A stretch of 64,000 bases of DNA from an uncultured delta proteobacterium (lineage in GTDB: Bacteria > Desulfobacterota > Desulfomonilia > UBA1062). The notes below the pieces were generated by a model. That model was given only the letters and a program-made list of their open reading frames with translations, was not told the DNA's origin and ran no database searches. This document shows, in pieces, positions 36,753 through 46,155 of this stretch (its first letter is position 1; each line of letters starts with the position of its first letter). A program made the translations under genes and the position numbers. Location: positions 160,001 to 224,000 of the forward strand of contig CAVVYZ010000005.1 in the NCBI GenBank assembly GCA_963752595.1, in the 5' to 3' direction.

Positions 36753-36996
36753 CGTATAGAAGACGCATTTCACCGTTAATCGAAAGTAATACGCAGCTTT
36801 CCGCACTATCAAACCAGGCTGTCTGTGCCCTGAAAACATATGGACAGAAATATTCAAGATTTATCATCTATTTTCCGATTCACCCATTACTGTGGAGATA
36901 AAAAATATCCTGCAGAATAGACCTTCACCTGCGACGCACGGAGTCTGTCCGGTTCATTTGTTTATGTTGGACAATATGAAAAAGATGAGATAGCTA

Positions 36997-38676
36997 ATGG
37001 ATATGTCGAATCCGACAAAGAATTATCAGAAAGATGCAGCCGAAGACCTCCCGAATGATGACAAAATACCCTCGAAGATCCTCGTCGTAGACGACAGCCG
37101 GGTTGTCCGCACCTACCTGCAGTCGCACCTGCAGAAAGAGGGGTATGAGGTTATCGCTGCAAAGGATGGGAAAGAAGCCCTTTCCTTACTTTCCGACAAT
37201 ATCGGCATCGTACTGCTCGACCTGTGGATGCCCGAAATGGACGGCATGGCATGCCTACGCCATATCCGGGAAAACTTCCCCGATATCCCCACCATCATGA
37301 TCACGGTGAGTCATGAGATCTCGAACGCCGTAGAAGCAATGAAGTACGGGGCATTCGATTACGTCACGAAGCCTTTCAACCCCAACGAACTCCTCGCCCT
37401 CGTCCAGCAGGCCCTGAAAACCAGAATCCAGGCGCAGCGTTTGCGCAAGGTCGAGGCTGAGCTTGCCAAGGCCCGCGAGCATGAGATCTCGATTGCTTCG
37501 CGCATCCAGCAGACGCTGCTCCTCGGAGGTGCTCCCAAAAGCCTCAAGGGGGTGCGCATAGGCGATCTCACCATTGCATCCAAAAGGATCGACGGCGACT
37601 TTTATGACTTCTATATGGTCGGGGATACATGCTTCGATGTCATCGTGGGTGACGTCATGGGCAAGGGTATTCCGGCGGCTCTCCTGGGAGCTGCCGCAAA
37701 GCAGCATTTCATGGGTGTGCTCTACCGCCTTACCCGCATCCCGGAAGGGGCCGGCATGCCCACTCCTGAAGAGATCGTACAGTCGGTCCATGCGGAGATG
37801 ATCGGGCAGATGAAGGACCTGGAGACCTTCTTCACCCTCTGCTATGCCCGCTTCGACTTGGTCAAAAATCTGATCAGTTATGTAGACTGCGGGCACATGA
37901 GGACCATCCACTACCACTTCGAGACAAATTCCTGCACCCTGCTCCAGGGTGTAAACATGCCGCTCGGTTTCCCCGGGCAGGATCATTTCAAACAGATCCT
38001 GATCCCTTTTTCCAACGGCGACCTCTTTTTCTTCTATTCCGATGGATTGACCGAGGCAAAAAATCCTAAACACGAATTCTACGGCGAGCAGCGCCTCGTG
38101 GACCTTGTCAGACGGCACTCATTCCTTGAGCCGCAGGAACTCTGCAAGACCGCCTGGAAGGAAATCACCGCATTTTCCCAGTGCGATACCTTTTCCGATG
38201 ATTTCACCTGCGTTGCCGTCAAGATCGAGGTCCCTGAGCCGACGGAACGCTATGATCAGGAATGGAAGCTGGAAGTTCCCAGCGAGCTGGGAGAGCTCGG
38301 AAGGATCAGGGCCTTTATTCAGGATATGTGCAAGAGCATGGGAACGAACGTGGTGGACGATGAAAGGATAAAGATGATCCAGATCGTCGCCACCGAGATC
38401 ATGACGAATATTATCAAGCACGCCTATCAGGGAAGACAGGGTGAAAGCGCCCTCATAGAGGCAAAGACCTCACGCGACGAGATCGTGCTGTATTTCTACG
38501 ACCACGGGATCGAGTTCGATTTCTCGTCAGCGCCCAAGCCTGTATTCGACGGATCAAAGGATGACGGATTCGGTCTCCACATCATTACACACACAGCCGA
38601 CTATGTGCGATACTCCCGTGATGAAACCGGGAGGAATTGCGCCTGCGTGACATTCTTCCTTCAAAGGAGGGGATAA
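36997..38676 (+). CDS. REC-PP2C (SpoIIE) phosphatase-RsbW-like Ser kinase fusion
   Basis: REC (VDDS, LLDLWMPEMDG, KPF); PP2C (GDFYD, GDVMGKG, SDGL.E, DDFT); HATPase (EIMTNIIKHAY, DHG..FD, GFGL). Confidence 0.92.
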   Translation: MDMSNPTKNYQKDAAEDLPNDDKIPSKILVVDDSRVVRTYLQSHLQKEGYEVIAAKDGKEALSLLSDNIGIVLLDLWMPEMDGMACLRHIRENFPDIPTIMITVSHEISNAVEAMKYGAFDYVTKPFNPNELLALVQQALKTRIQAQRLRKVEAELAKAREHEISIASRIQQTLLLGGAPKSLKGVRIGDLTIASKRIDGDFYDFYMVGDTCFDVIVGDVMGKGIPAALLGAAAKQHFMGVLYRLTRIPEGAGMPTPEEIVQSVHAEMIGQMKDLETFFTLCYARFDLVKNLISYVDCGHMRTIHYHFETNSCTLLQGVNMPLGFPGQDHFKQILIPFSNGDLFFFYSDGLTEAKNPKHEFYGEQRLVDLVRRHSFLEPQELCKTAWKEITAFSQCDTFSDDFTCVAVKIEVPEPTERYDQEWKLEVPSELGELGRIRAFIQDMCKSMGTNVVDDERIKMIQIVATEIMTNIIKHAYQGRQGESALIEAKTSRDEIVLYFYDHGIEFDFSSAPKPVFDGSKDDGFGLHIITHTADYVRYSRDETGRNCACVTFFLQRRG

Positions 38677-38678
38677 GT

Positions 38679-39023
38679 ATGAAATTCACCGTAGAAAACC
38701 TTGACGGAATCACGATCATCTCATCCCTGCCCAAGGCTCTCGATGCAAGCAATGCCATGGATTTCAAGGCAGATATAGGCCGCATCCTCGAGGAAAGCTC
38801 GCGGGTGATATTCGACATGAGCGATTTGAAATTCATCGACTCGGCCGGGTGCGGCGCGCTCATAACCTCACTGAGGCGTGTCAAAGGCTCAGGCGGCATC
38901 CTGAAGCTCTATGACGTTCAGAAGCAGGTACGTTCCGTATTCGAGCTGGTGAGAATGCATAAGGTCATTGATATCTTCAATACGCGGCAGGAGGCCCTGA
39001 ATTCTTTTTCACAGGACCGGTGA
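38679..39023 (+). CDS. STAS-domain anti-sigma factor antagonist
   Basis: LDASNA, FDMSDLKFIDSAG with phosphorylatable Ser, VRSVFEL; GGAGG RBS. Confidence 0.92.
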   Translation: MKFTVENLDGITIISSLPKALDASNAMDFKADIGRILEESSRVIFDMSDLKFIDSAGCGALITSLRRVKGSGGILKLYDVQKQVRSVFELVRMHKVIDIFNTRQEALNSFSQDR

Positions 39024-39131
39024 GGATCTTTTTATCCGGAAACCACTGACCTGCGGGCCTGTACCTGATTCCTCCAATTGGAAGTCTTTTAAGATACCCA
39101 TCGTAGAAATGCTTCGGAAAAACCATACGCC

Positions 39132-39881
39132 ATGAACCCGAACTCCAAGGATTCAGAACGCCCCCTCGATCTACTCGAAGAGCTCTACGAGCGGTACGGC
39201 AAAGACCAGGCGCTGAGTTCCTTCCCGCAGCGGTTCCGTCTCTGGCGGAAAAAGACCGCCTGGATAGCTGCAACCGGCGGGGCCAAACTCCTGAAACGCA
39301 GCGCCGATATAACAGCCTCGGTCTGGCTCTTTGTCATGCTTTCTCCACTTTTCGCCATCGTGTCGGCCGCCATCAAACTCACCGATGGCGGGCCGGTTCT
39401 CTATTGGCAGACACGGGTAGGGAAATGGGGGCAGGAATTCAGGTTTCCCAAATTCAGGTCCATGCGGGTAAACGCTGACTCCGAGAGGGAAACCCTCCTG
39501 AAACAAAGCGATCACAAGGAAAGCATCACGTTTAAAATGAAAAACGACCCCCGGATAACGCTCGTGGGCCGGATCATCAGGAGAACCAGTATCGATGAGC
39601 TGCCCCAGCTCTGGAACGTCATAAAGGGCGAGATGTCCCTCGTCGGCCCACGGCCCCCCATTCCGGAAGAAGTCGACAAGTATACGCTGAAAGATCGCAG
39701 AAGGCTGGATATAATCCCAGGGCTCACCTGTATTTGGCAGGTCAGCGGCCGCGGCGATGTCCCGTTCCCCAAGCAGCTGGAATACGATATACAGTACATC
39801 GAGAGCCATAGCCTTATGCTCGACCTCAAGCTTCTGTTAAAAACGATCTCTGCAGTCCTCACCGGCAGAGGAGCTTATTAG
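39132..39881 (+). CDS. Priming polyprenyl-phosphate phosphoglycosyltransferase (bacterial sugar transferase)
   Basis: [48 protein letters not shown]. Confidence 0.95.
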   Translation: MNPNSKDSERPLDLLEELYERYGKDQALSSFPQRFRLWRKKTAWIAATGGAKLLKRSADITASVWLFVMLSPLFAIVSAAIKLTDGGPVLYWQTRVGKWGQEFRFPKFRSMRVNADSERETLLKQSDHKESITFKMKNDPRITLVGRIIRRTSIDELPQLWNVIKGEMSLVGPRPPIPEEVDKYTLKDRRRLDIIPGLTCIWQVSGRGDVPFPKQLEYDIQYIESHSLMLDLKLLLKTISAVLTGRGAY

Positions 39882-39883
39882 AG

Positions 39884-41452
39884 ATGAGCACCATCCTCAT
39901 AGCAACCGGAGAGACAGGCTGTATGAAGGCACTCGGAGAAACGAGACCGGTACCCATGCTGCCCCTGATCGACCGCCCGTTCATTCAGCACGTAGTGGAA
40001 TTCCTGGCAGGACAGGGAAGAAAGGATTTGGATATCATCCTCTCTCATCTTCCCCAGCAGATCGAAACCCTGCTCGGAGACGGCAGCAGGTGGGGCTGCA
40101 CATTCCGGTACCACCTCGTAAGGAACCTTTCGCAAGTCAGCAGGACCGTAAGAACAATCATGGACGAGAAAGATGAGCCCTGCCTCCTGGTCGATGCAAC
40201 GGCCATCCCCCAGATCGAACTCAATCAGACGGACAGGAACGACATCGGCAAAGGACCGGTTTTTTACTGTCTTGAGAGTGAGAAAAGCAGGATCTGCGAC
40301 GCTGCCTGCCCCTGGACAGGATGGGCCTGGTTACCGCAGTATGCGATACGGGTCTTTCCCGTGCTGGACAAATGGGAAGACCTGTACCACTGGGCTCATG
40401 TCCGGTTTCGCAAGAGATGCAGCACTATAAAGACACAGACCGTGCTTCGTATGGACACTTATTCCCATATGCTCGCAGCCCACAGGCAGGTCCTTGATAA
40501 GCAGTTTACCGGCCTGATGGTCACCGGCACCGAGGTGGAGGAAGGCATCTGGCTATCCAGAAATGTAGAGCTCCATCCGTACGCTCGCATCGTCAAGCCT
40601 GTCCACATCGGGCAGGACTGCCATATCGGCAAGGGAGTTCAGATCGGGCCTTATGCCGTCATCGGCAGGAACTGTGTCCTGGACGAACGCTCCACCATAT
40701 CCGATGCGGTGATCTTTCCGAACACGTATGTAGGCGAAGCCCTGGAGCTCAAAGATGTGATCGCGGACAAGAGCCGGCTCATCAATGAGCGCTACTCATC
40801 CGAAGTGACCATCACCGATGAGTTCATCCTCAGCAACATCAGGGAGAATGAGGTGAGGAAATGGCTTTCGGGTTTATTTTCGCGTGCATTCGCGGTCATC
40901 CTCCTGATGCTCACCTTTCCCTTGCTCCTTTCCACTTTCCTGAACCTGAAGAGAAAAAGACAGGGACAGGTCCTGTATAAAAGCCGGGTAGTAAAGCTCC
41001 CTTCCGAATATGACCAGGCCTTATGGAAGACATATTCCCTCCTCAGTTTCACCCCTTTCAGGGAAAAAACCGGTATGGAACCGGAAAGGAGCGACTTCCC
41101 TGCGGACCCTCCGACACGAGGCGATATCCGCAGCCACTTCCTCCTTACGGTACTTCCCGGCCTCATCAACGTGGCGCGGGGAGATCTCCAGGTAATCGGC
41201 GTGAACCCCCGCACAAAAGACGAACTGTCGAGTCTTCACAAAGATTGGGCAATGGCCTACCTCAAGTCCAAGGCAGGGCTGATCACCGAGAGCTTCATCA
41301 ATTTCGGATTCCATGCATCCGCCGATGAGGTTTACTCGGCCGAAATGATCTATTGTGCGTCATTCACGAGAAAGAAAGATCTGGTGATCCTGGGCAGGTA
41401 CTTCGGCCGTCTGCTCCGAGAACTGATCCTGCAGGGTTCGAAAAAGAAATGA
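39884..41452 (+). CDS. Nucleotidyltransferase-like + left-handed beta-helix + degenerate sugar-transferase fusion
   Basis: RP.PMLP..DRPF..H..E.L..G..WG; hexapeptide region PVHIG..C.IG..IGP..VIG; TM then LPGLINV..GDL..IG..P..K.GL. Confidence 0.75.
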   Translation: MSTILIATGETGCMKALGETRPVPMLPLIDRPFIQHVVEFLAGQGRKDLDIILSHLPQQIETLLGDGSRWGCTFRYHLVRNLSQVSRTVRTIMDEKDEPCLLVDATAIPQIELNQTDRNDIGKGPVFYCLESEKSRICDAACPWTGWAWLPQYAIRVFPVLDKWEDLYHWAHVRFRKRCSTIKTQTVLRMDTYSHMLAAHRQVLDKQFTGLMVTGTEVEEGIWLSRNVELHPYARIVKPVHIGQDCHIGKGVQIGPYAVIGRNCVLDERSTISDAVIFPNTYVGEALELKDVIADKSRLINERYSSEVTITDEFILSNIRENEVRKWLSGLFSRAFAVILLMLTFPLLLSTFLNLKRKRQGQVLYKSRVVKLPSEYDQALWKTYSLLSFTPFREKTGMEPERSDFPADPPTRGDIRSHFLLTVLPGLINVARGDLQVIGVNPRTKDELSSLHKDWAMAYLKSKAGLITESFINFGFHASADEVYSAEMIYCASFTRKKDLVILGRYFGRLLRELILQGSKKK

Positions 41453-42441
41453 TCTATTATCTGTGTCCGGACAACAATGAGCCCATCGGGGGCGTGAAAA
41501 AGATATATACCCATGTGGACATCCTGAACAGTAACGGCTTCCCGGCATACGTGCTCCACCGGAAGAAAAACTTCCGCTGTGACTGGTTCCGGAATACTAC
41601 ACAGATTGCCTACCTCAAGAAATCCACAATCTCCGAGGAGGACTTTATCGTTATCCCCGAGTTCTATAATCTGGCATATATGAATCCCAAACGGCGTGAT
41701 GACGCATCAAAAGGCTTTCTTGAGGTATTCGCCTCTGCAGCGCAAAAGGTAATTTTCAACCAGAACACCTACTACACCTTTTATGGGGATTCATTCGACA
41801 CAGATGACTTGAGGAATATCCATATCGACGACCAGACCGTTGCAGCCATGGTCGTATCGGAAGACGGAGCACTGTTTCTCCGCCGTGCATTCCCCGGGTT
41901 AACCGTCATGAGGGTCCATAATTCCATCGATACCTCAATCTTTTCCCATGAGGGAAGGAAGAAGAACCAGATCTGCTTCATGCCGAGGAAAAACAGAGAC
42001 CATGCTATTAATGTTATAAATATACTAAAATACAGAGGGGTGCTTGACGGGTTCCCCCTGGTGCCCATCGAGGGCAAGACAGAGAAACAGACCTCGGAGA
42101 TCATGAAGGAATCCCTCATATTCTTAAGCTTCGGGTACCCTGAAGGATTCTCCCTTCCTCCTGCCGAAGCCATGGCATGTGGATGCATCGTCATCGGATA
42201 CCACGGCATGGGCGGCAAAGAATATTTTAACCCTGACTTCTGTTATCCCATAGAAACAGGCAATATCCTTGATTTTGCCGGAACCGTCGAAGATGTGATT
42301 AAAACATCCTGGACCAGCCCGGCGCTCCTCCAGGAAAAAGCCTTGAAGGGATCGTCTTTTATCCGGGAAAATTACTCCCCAGCCATTGAGCAAAAGGATG
42401 TTCTCTCATGCTGGGAGACGTTACATGCAGGTATGTTCTGA
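41449..42441 (+). CDS. Glycosyltransferase (GT-B, GT4-like)
   Basis: P.GGVK..Y.HV, EGFSLPPAEAMACG..VIG; ATGA overlap with the upstream stop. Confidence 0.85.
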   Translation: MIYYLCPDNNEPIGGVKKIYTHVDILNSNGFPAYVLHRKKNFRCDWFRNTTQIAYLKKSTISEEDFIVIPEFYNLAYMNPKRRDDASKGFLEVFASAAQKVIFNQNTYYTFYGDSFDTDDLRNIHIDDQTVAAMVVSEDGALFLRRAFPGLTVMRVHNSIDTSIFSHEGRKKNQICFMPRKNRDHAINVINILKYRGVLDGFPLVPIEGKTEKQTSEIMKESLIFLSFGYPEGFSLPPAEAMACGCIVIGYHGMGGKEYFNPDFCYPIETGNILDFAGTVEDVIKTSWTSPALLQEKALKGSSFIRENYSPAIEQKDVLSCWETLHAGMF

Positions 42442-42492
42442 GGACCCGCGTCAGTTTCTCTGGGGATAGCGCTTTTTCAAGAAAAAAATCTT

Positions 42493-44772
42493 ATGAAAAA
42501 CAATCTGGAACCATCTGAGAGGAAACCGGGCAAGCCTTTCGATCCCTTCGGGACAGTGCAGAGGCACTGGATGGAGATCGCCGTGTTCGGCAGTATCCTT
42601 CTCATTCTGATGATTCCTTTCGCTTATTTACTCAGCAAGCCGTTCTATACGGTTCAGGGAAGGATCCTCGTTGCACCGGCAGTCAGCACATTCATTGTCC
42701 AGAACGAAGAAACGCCCATTACCGGCTACTACAATGCCTATGTACGGACGCATGTGAGCAGGCTGAAACAGCGGGATGTGTTCGAGAAGGCGCTGTCCAA
42801 GCTCGAGCCCGAGCTGAAGTCTCGGTATATACCCAAGGATACCTCCCTGTCCTTTGCTGCGACCCTGCTGATGAATAAGATGGAGATCGACCACCTCTCC
42901 GGCACCCACCTCATTACGCTCACCATGACCGGGGGCATCCCGGATGGATTGGCAGAGGTCATCAATAACGTTGCCGATGTCTATATGGAAGAGATACAGA
43001 AAGAGATGGAAACAAAGGATTACCGGCGTCTCATGTATCTCCAGCACGAGAAGGAAAAGATCGAGGAAGATATCACTTCCCAGAACCGGCTACTCCAGGA
43101 GATTGCGAAAGAAGCAGGGACGTTCTCGTTCGAGAGCGAGAACAACATTTATAATACCCAGTTCGAGATTCTGCAGGAGGAGTATGTCAGGGCCTACAGC
43201 GACCGGGTGTTGAAAGAAAACGCACTCAGCTCGCTCATGAGCCTGGGGAACTATCGTAAAAAAGCTTCCGTCAAGCCGCTGGTTGAAGAGTTCGTGAACC
43301 AGTCCTCCTCATCTTCCCAGTTAGGCTCTTCCACATATCAGGAGCTGATCAAGCTCAACTCAGCCCGTGCAGAATATCCACCCGCCCATCCCGGCCGCGC
43401 AAAGATAGAATCAAAGATTCATGCGCTTGAAGAAAACCTCAAACAATTTGAGAACGACGAGAGGAAGAAAGCGGAAAATATCGTTGTGGAAAAGCGCAAG
43501 CTGGACCTTGATGAAAGAATCATGAACGCCCGCGCCGACTACGAAGCAGCCAAGAGGGCAGAGGAAGATATCCAGTCAAAGCGCGACGAGATCCTGGCCA
43601 AAAGGTCCGGCATTTCACAGAAGCTTATCAGTGGGAAGCAGATCGGTGAAAAGGTCGAGCACTTAAGGAGCCTCCTGAACCGGATCGAGGATCGGATCAG
43701 CGAGCTGAACCTCGAGTCCAAGGCTCCCGGCAGGCTCCAGATAGAAAGTTATGCCAAGAGGCCCCAGATGCCTTCGGGGAGCAATCTGAAGAAGATCCTG
43801 ATGGTGTTCTTCCTCTTCTCCTACGGCAGCATCCTGATGATCTGTGTGATCTACGACATCTTCGACAAGCGGGTCCGTGACCGAAAGAACGTGTTCCATG
43901 CATTGGGGTCGCACCCCTCGTGGCCCATCTCGAATTACAAGTTCACCGGCACAAACGGCATCCCCTTCTCCCGTGTCACTATGGATGATTCATCCAATGT
44001 GGTTGCAAAAGCGATCCAGAGCCTTGCGGTACGCATCGACAAGGAGAGGAAGGAGCATGATGCACGGTGCGTGGTGTTTACCGGCATCGACAGGAAATGC
44101 GGCACTACGGAGATCCTCGTCAATACGGCATATGCCATTACCAAGCTCTGCAAGAATATCATTGTCATCGATGCCCACTTTGACCAGCCGAATATCACGA
44201 GCCTCCTGAATGCCGCCGCGGATAAGCCGGGCATCATAGACTTCCTCCTAGGGAGGGTATCCATCAAGGAATGCATCGTGCACGATGACGAAAGAGGCCT
44301 CGACTTCATCCTTCCGGGCAGAAAGCCTACCTCCGAAGACCTGGGACTGCTCGATCTTTCCATCATCCCCCACATGATCCGGGAGCTCAAGCAGCGGTAT
44401 GCCCTGATATTGATCGACAGCACCCCGGTATTGACGAGCGATATCACCGAATACTTCATCCTGCAGTCGGATGCCACCATTGCGGTCATCCAGGGAGATA
44501 AAACCAAATATGATCACCTGTACCTGGCTGGGGACATCCTCTTCCGCCTGAAAGTGCCCGCCATCGGCGCCGTTCTGAACTGGGGCGCGCCGAGAAACCT
44601 GAACAAGGGGCAAATCCTGGTGTCGAAGATCCTTTGGCCCTGCGAGAAGCTCCTTGCGAAAATTACCGGGACAGACCTGAAGTATGTTCGATACTTCATC
44701 GAGCCCCCCGAACCCCCGGCGGCCCCAGATGCACCCCCGGAAGAAGAGTCCTCGCTGAACGACACCGGATAG
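42493..44772 (+). CDS. Polysaccharide co-polymerase, Wzc/GumC-like, with degenerate BY-kinase domain
   Basis: Two TMs around a long coiled-coil periplasmic domain; C-terminal P-loop-like domain with IVIDA and LILIDSTP, GAVLN. Confidence 0.85.
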   Translation: MKNNLEPSERKPGKPFDPFGTVQRHWMEIAVFGSILLILMIPFAYLLSKPFYTVQGRILVAPAVSTFIVQNEETPITGYYNAYVRTHVSRLKQRDVFEKALSKLEPELKSRYIPKDTSLSFAATLLMNKMEIDHLSGTHLITLTMTGGIPDGLAEVINNVADVYMEEIQKEMETKDYRRLMYLQHEKEKIEEDITSQNRLLQEIAKEAGTFSFESENNIYNTQFEILQEEYVRAYSDRVLKENALSSLMSLGNYRKKASVKPLVEEFVNQSSSSSQLGSSTYQELIKLNSARAEYPPAHPGRAKIESKIHALEENLKQFENDERKKAENIVVEKRKLDLDERIMNARADYEAAKRAEEDIQSKRDEILAKRSGISQKLISGKQIGEKVEHLRSLLNRIEDRISELNLESKAPGRLQIESYAKRPQMPSGSNLKKILMVFFLFSYGSILMICVIYDIFDKRVRDRKNVFHALGSHPSWPISNYKFTGTNGIPFSRVTMDDSSNVVAKAIQSLAVRIDKERKEHDARCVVFTGIDRKCGTTEILVNTAYAITKLCKNIIVIDAHFDQPNITSLLNAAADKPGIIDFLLGRVSIKECIVHDDERGLDFILPGRKPTSEDLGLLDLSIIPHMIRELKQRYALILIDSTPVLTSDITEYFILQSDATIAVIQGDKTKYDHLYLAGDILFRLKVPAIGAVLNWGAPRNLNKGQILVSKILWPCEKLLAKITGTDLKYVRYFIEPPEPPAAPDAPPEEESSLNDTG

Positions 44773-44835
44773 GCCTTCAACCCGGTACCGGCAATTTATG
44801 AACAGATCCGTACGCTCCTTATGTGACACTTAACG

Positions 44836-46155
44836 ATGAAATGCCTCTTGATTATCAACCAGTGTACCCCCGAATGGGCTTCCGTGCCCCTTGTGGGGTA
44901 TAATTTTTTCCATGGGATCAGCCGGCTGGCCGATGTTACCCTTGCTACGCACATCCGGAACAGAAATGCACTCGAAAAGGTGCGGGCGGGGCGGAAGATC
45001 GTCTATATCCCCGAGAGTACCGCCGTACAGAACTACTACCGGATCGTTTCACGCGTCCTGAACAGGGGCAACACCAACTGGCCCGTTGCCCATGCCCTGA
45101 CCTACCCTGTGTATGCCGAGTTCAATCACAGGGTATACAGAGAATTCAGGACAGAGGTATCGGAAGGCCGGTACGATATTGTTCACGCACTGACGCCGAT
45201 TCTCCCAAGGTACCCGGTAAAACTGATCGATGCCTGCACGAACACGCCTTTCGTCCTGGGCCCGGTGAACGGAGGAGTTCCGTTCCCCAAGGCATTTTCC
45301 CAGGAGGCGAGGCAGGAATTTGCACATTTCAATCCTTTAAGAATTTTCTCCAGGCTCATACCCGGCTATGCAAGGACGTATAAAAACGCAGCTAAAGTGC
45401 TCGCCGGATCGACGTATACCCTCACCATGATCCAGGACATGTTCCATTTGAGCCCCTCCCGGATCGAGCTTTTTTTCGAAAACGGCATACCCGGCGCATT
45501 CTTCTCGCCGGAGAAGCAGCCTCGCCCCGGAGACAGCACATTCAGGCTGCTCTTCGTGGGCAGGCTGGTACCCTACAAGGGCGCAGATATGCTCATCGAG
45601 GCGGTGAGCCTGCTGGATGGGGACATAAAAGGACACATACATCTGACGATCGTCGGCGACGGGCCTGAAAAAGAAAATCTCATCACCCTGTCGGCGGATC
45701 TTGGTATTGCAGACCTGGTCAGGTTCACCGGATGGATTCCCCAGGCCGAGACCGCATCGTATTACCGGACATCGGATCTTTTCTGCTTCCCCTCCATCCG
45801 GGAGTTCGGGGGAGCTGTGGTACTGGAAGCCATGGCCTCAGGGCTGCCTTCGATTGTCGTGAATAATGGAGGGATCGGGGAGTACGTTACGGATGAGACC
45901 GGTTTCAGGATCGATCCGGTATCGAGGAGCGGGCTCATCAGCGAGATGAAAGAGAGGATCGGGCTCCTTTTCCGTGACAGGTCACTTTATGACAGGATGT
46001 CGAAAGCAGCGGCAAAAAGGGCCGGGACGTTTGAATGGGGGGTAAAGTCAAAGCAGATTCTGGATATATATCAGCAGGCGATCCATGAAAATCTCCCGGC
46101 ATCGGCCCCCAGAGATGATCTGCCGCCGGTTCTTTCCCGTACAGGCAAACCATGA
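44836..46155 (+). CDS. Glycosyltransferase family 4
   Basis: LFVGRLVPYKG, FPSIREFGGAVVLEAMA.GLP. Confidence 0.92.
   Translation: MKCLLIINQCTPEWASVPLVGYNFFHGISRLADVTLATHIRNRNALEKVRAGRKIVYIPESTAVQNYYRIVSRVLNRGNTNWPVAHALTYPVYAEFNHRVYREFRTEVSEGRYDIVHALTPILPRYPVKLIDACTNTPFVLGPVNGGVPFPKAFSQEARQEFAHFNPLRIFSRLIPGYARTYKNAAKVLAGSTYTLTMIQDMFHLSPSRIELFFENGIPGAFFSPEKQPRPGDSTFRLLFVGRLVPYKGADMLIEAVSLLDGDIKGHIHLTIVGDGPEKENLITLSADLGIADLVRFTGWIPQAETASYYRTSDLFCFPSIREFGGAVVLEAMASGLPSIVVNNGGIGEYVTDETGFRIDPVSRSGLISEMKERIGLLFRDRSLYDRMSKAAAKRAGTFEWGVKSKQILDIYQQAIHENLPASAPRDDLPPVLSRTGKP

Noticed and set aside
36753-36996. Possible c-di-GMP riboswitch upstream of the EPS regulator (CGAAAG..ACGCAG)
   Set aside because: The flanking pairing and GCAAA elements of the class I consensus could not be built by eye; an Infernal/Rfam scan would settle it.
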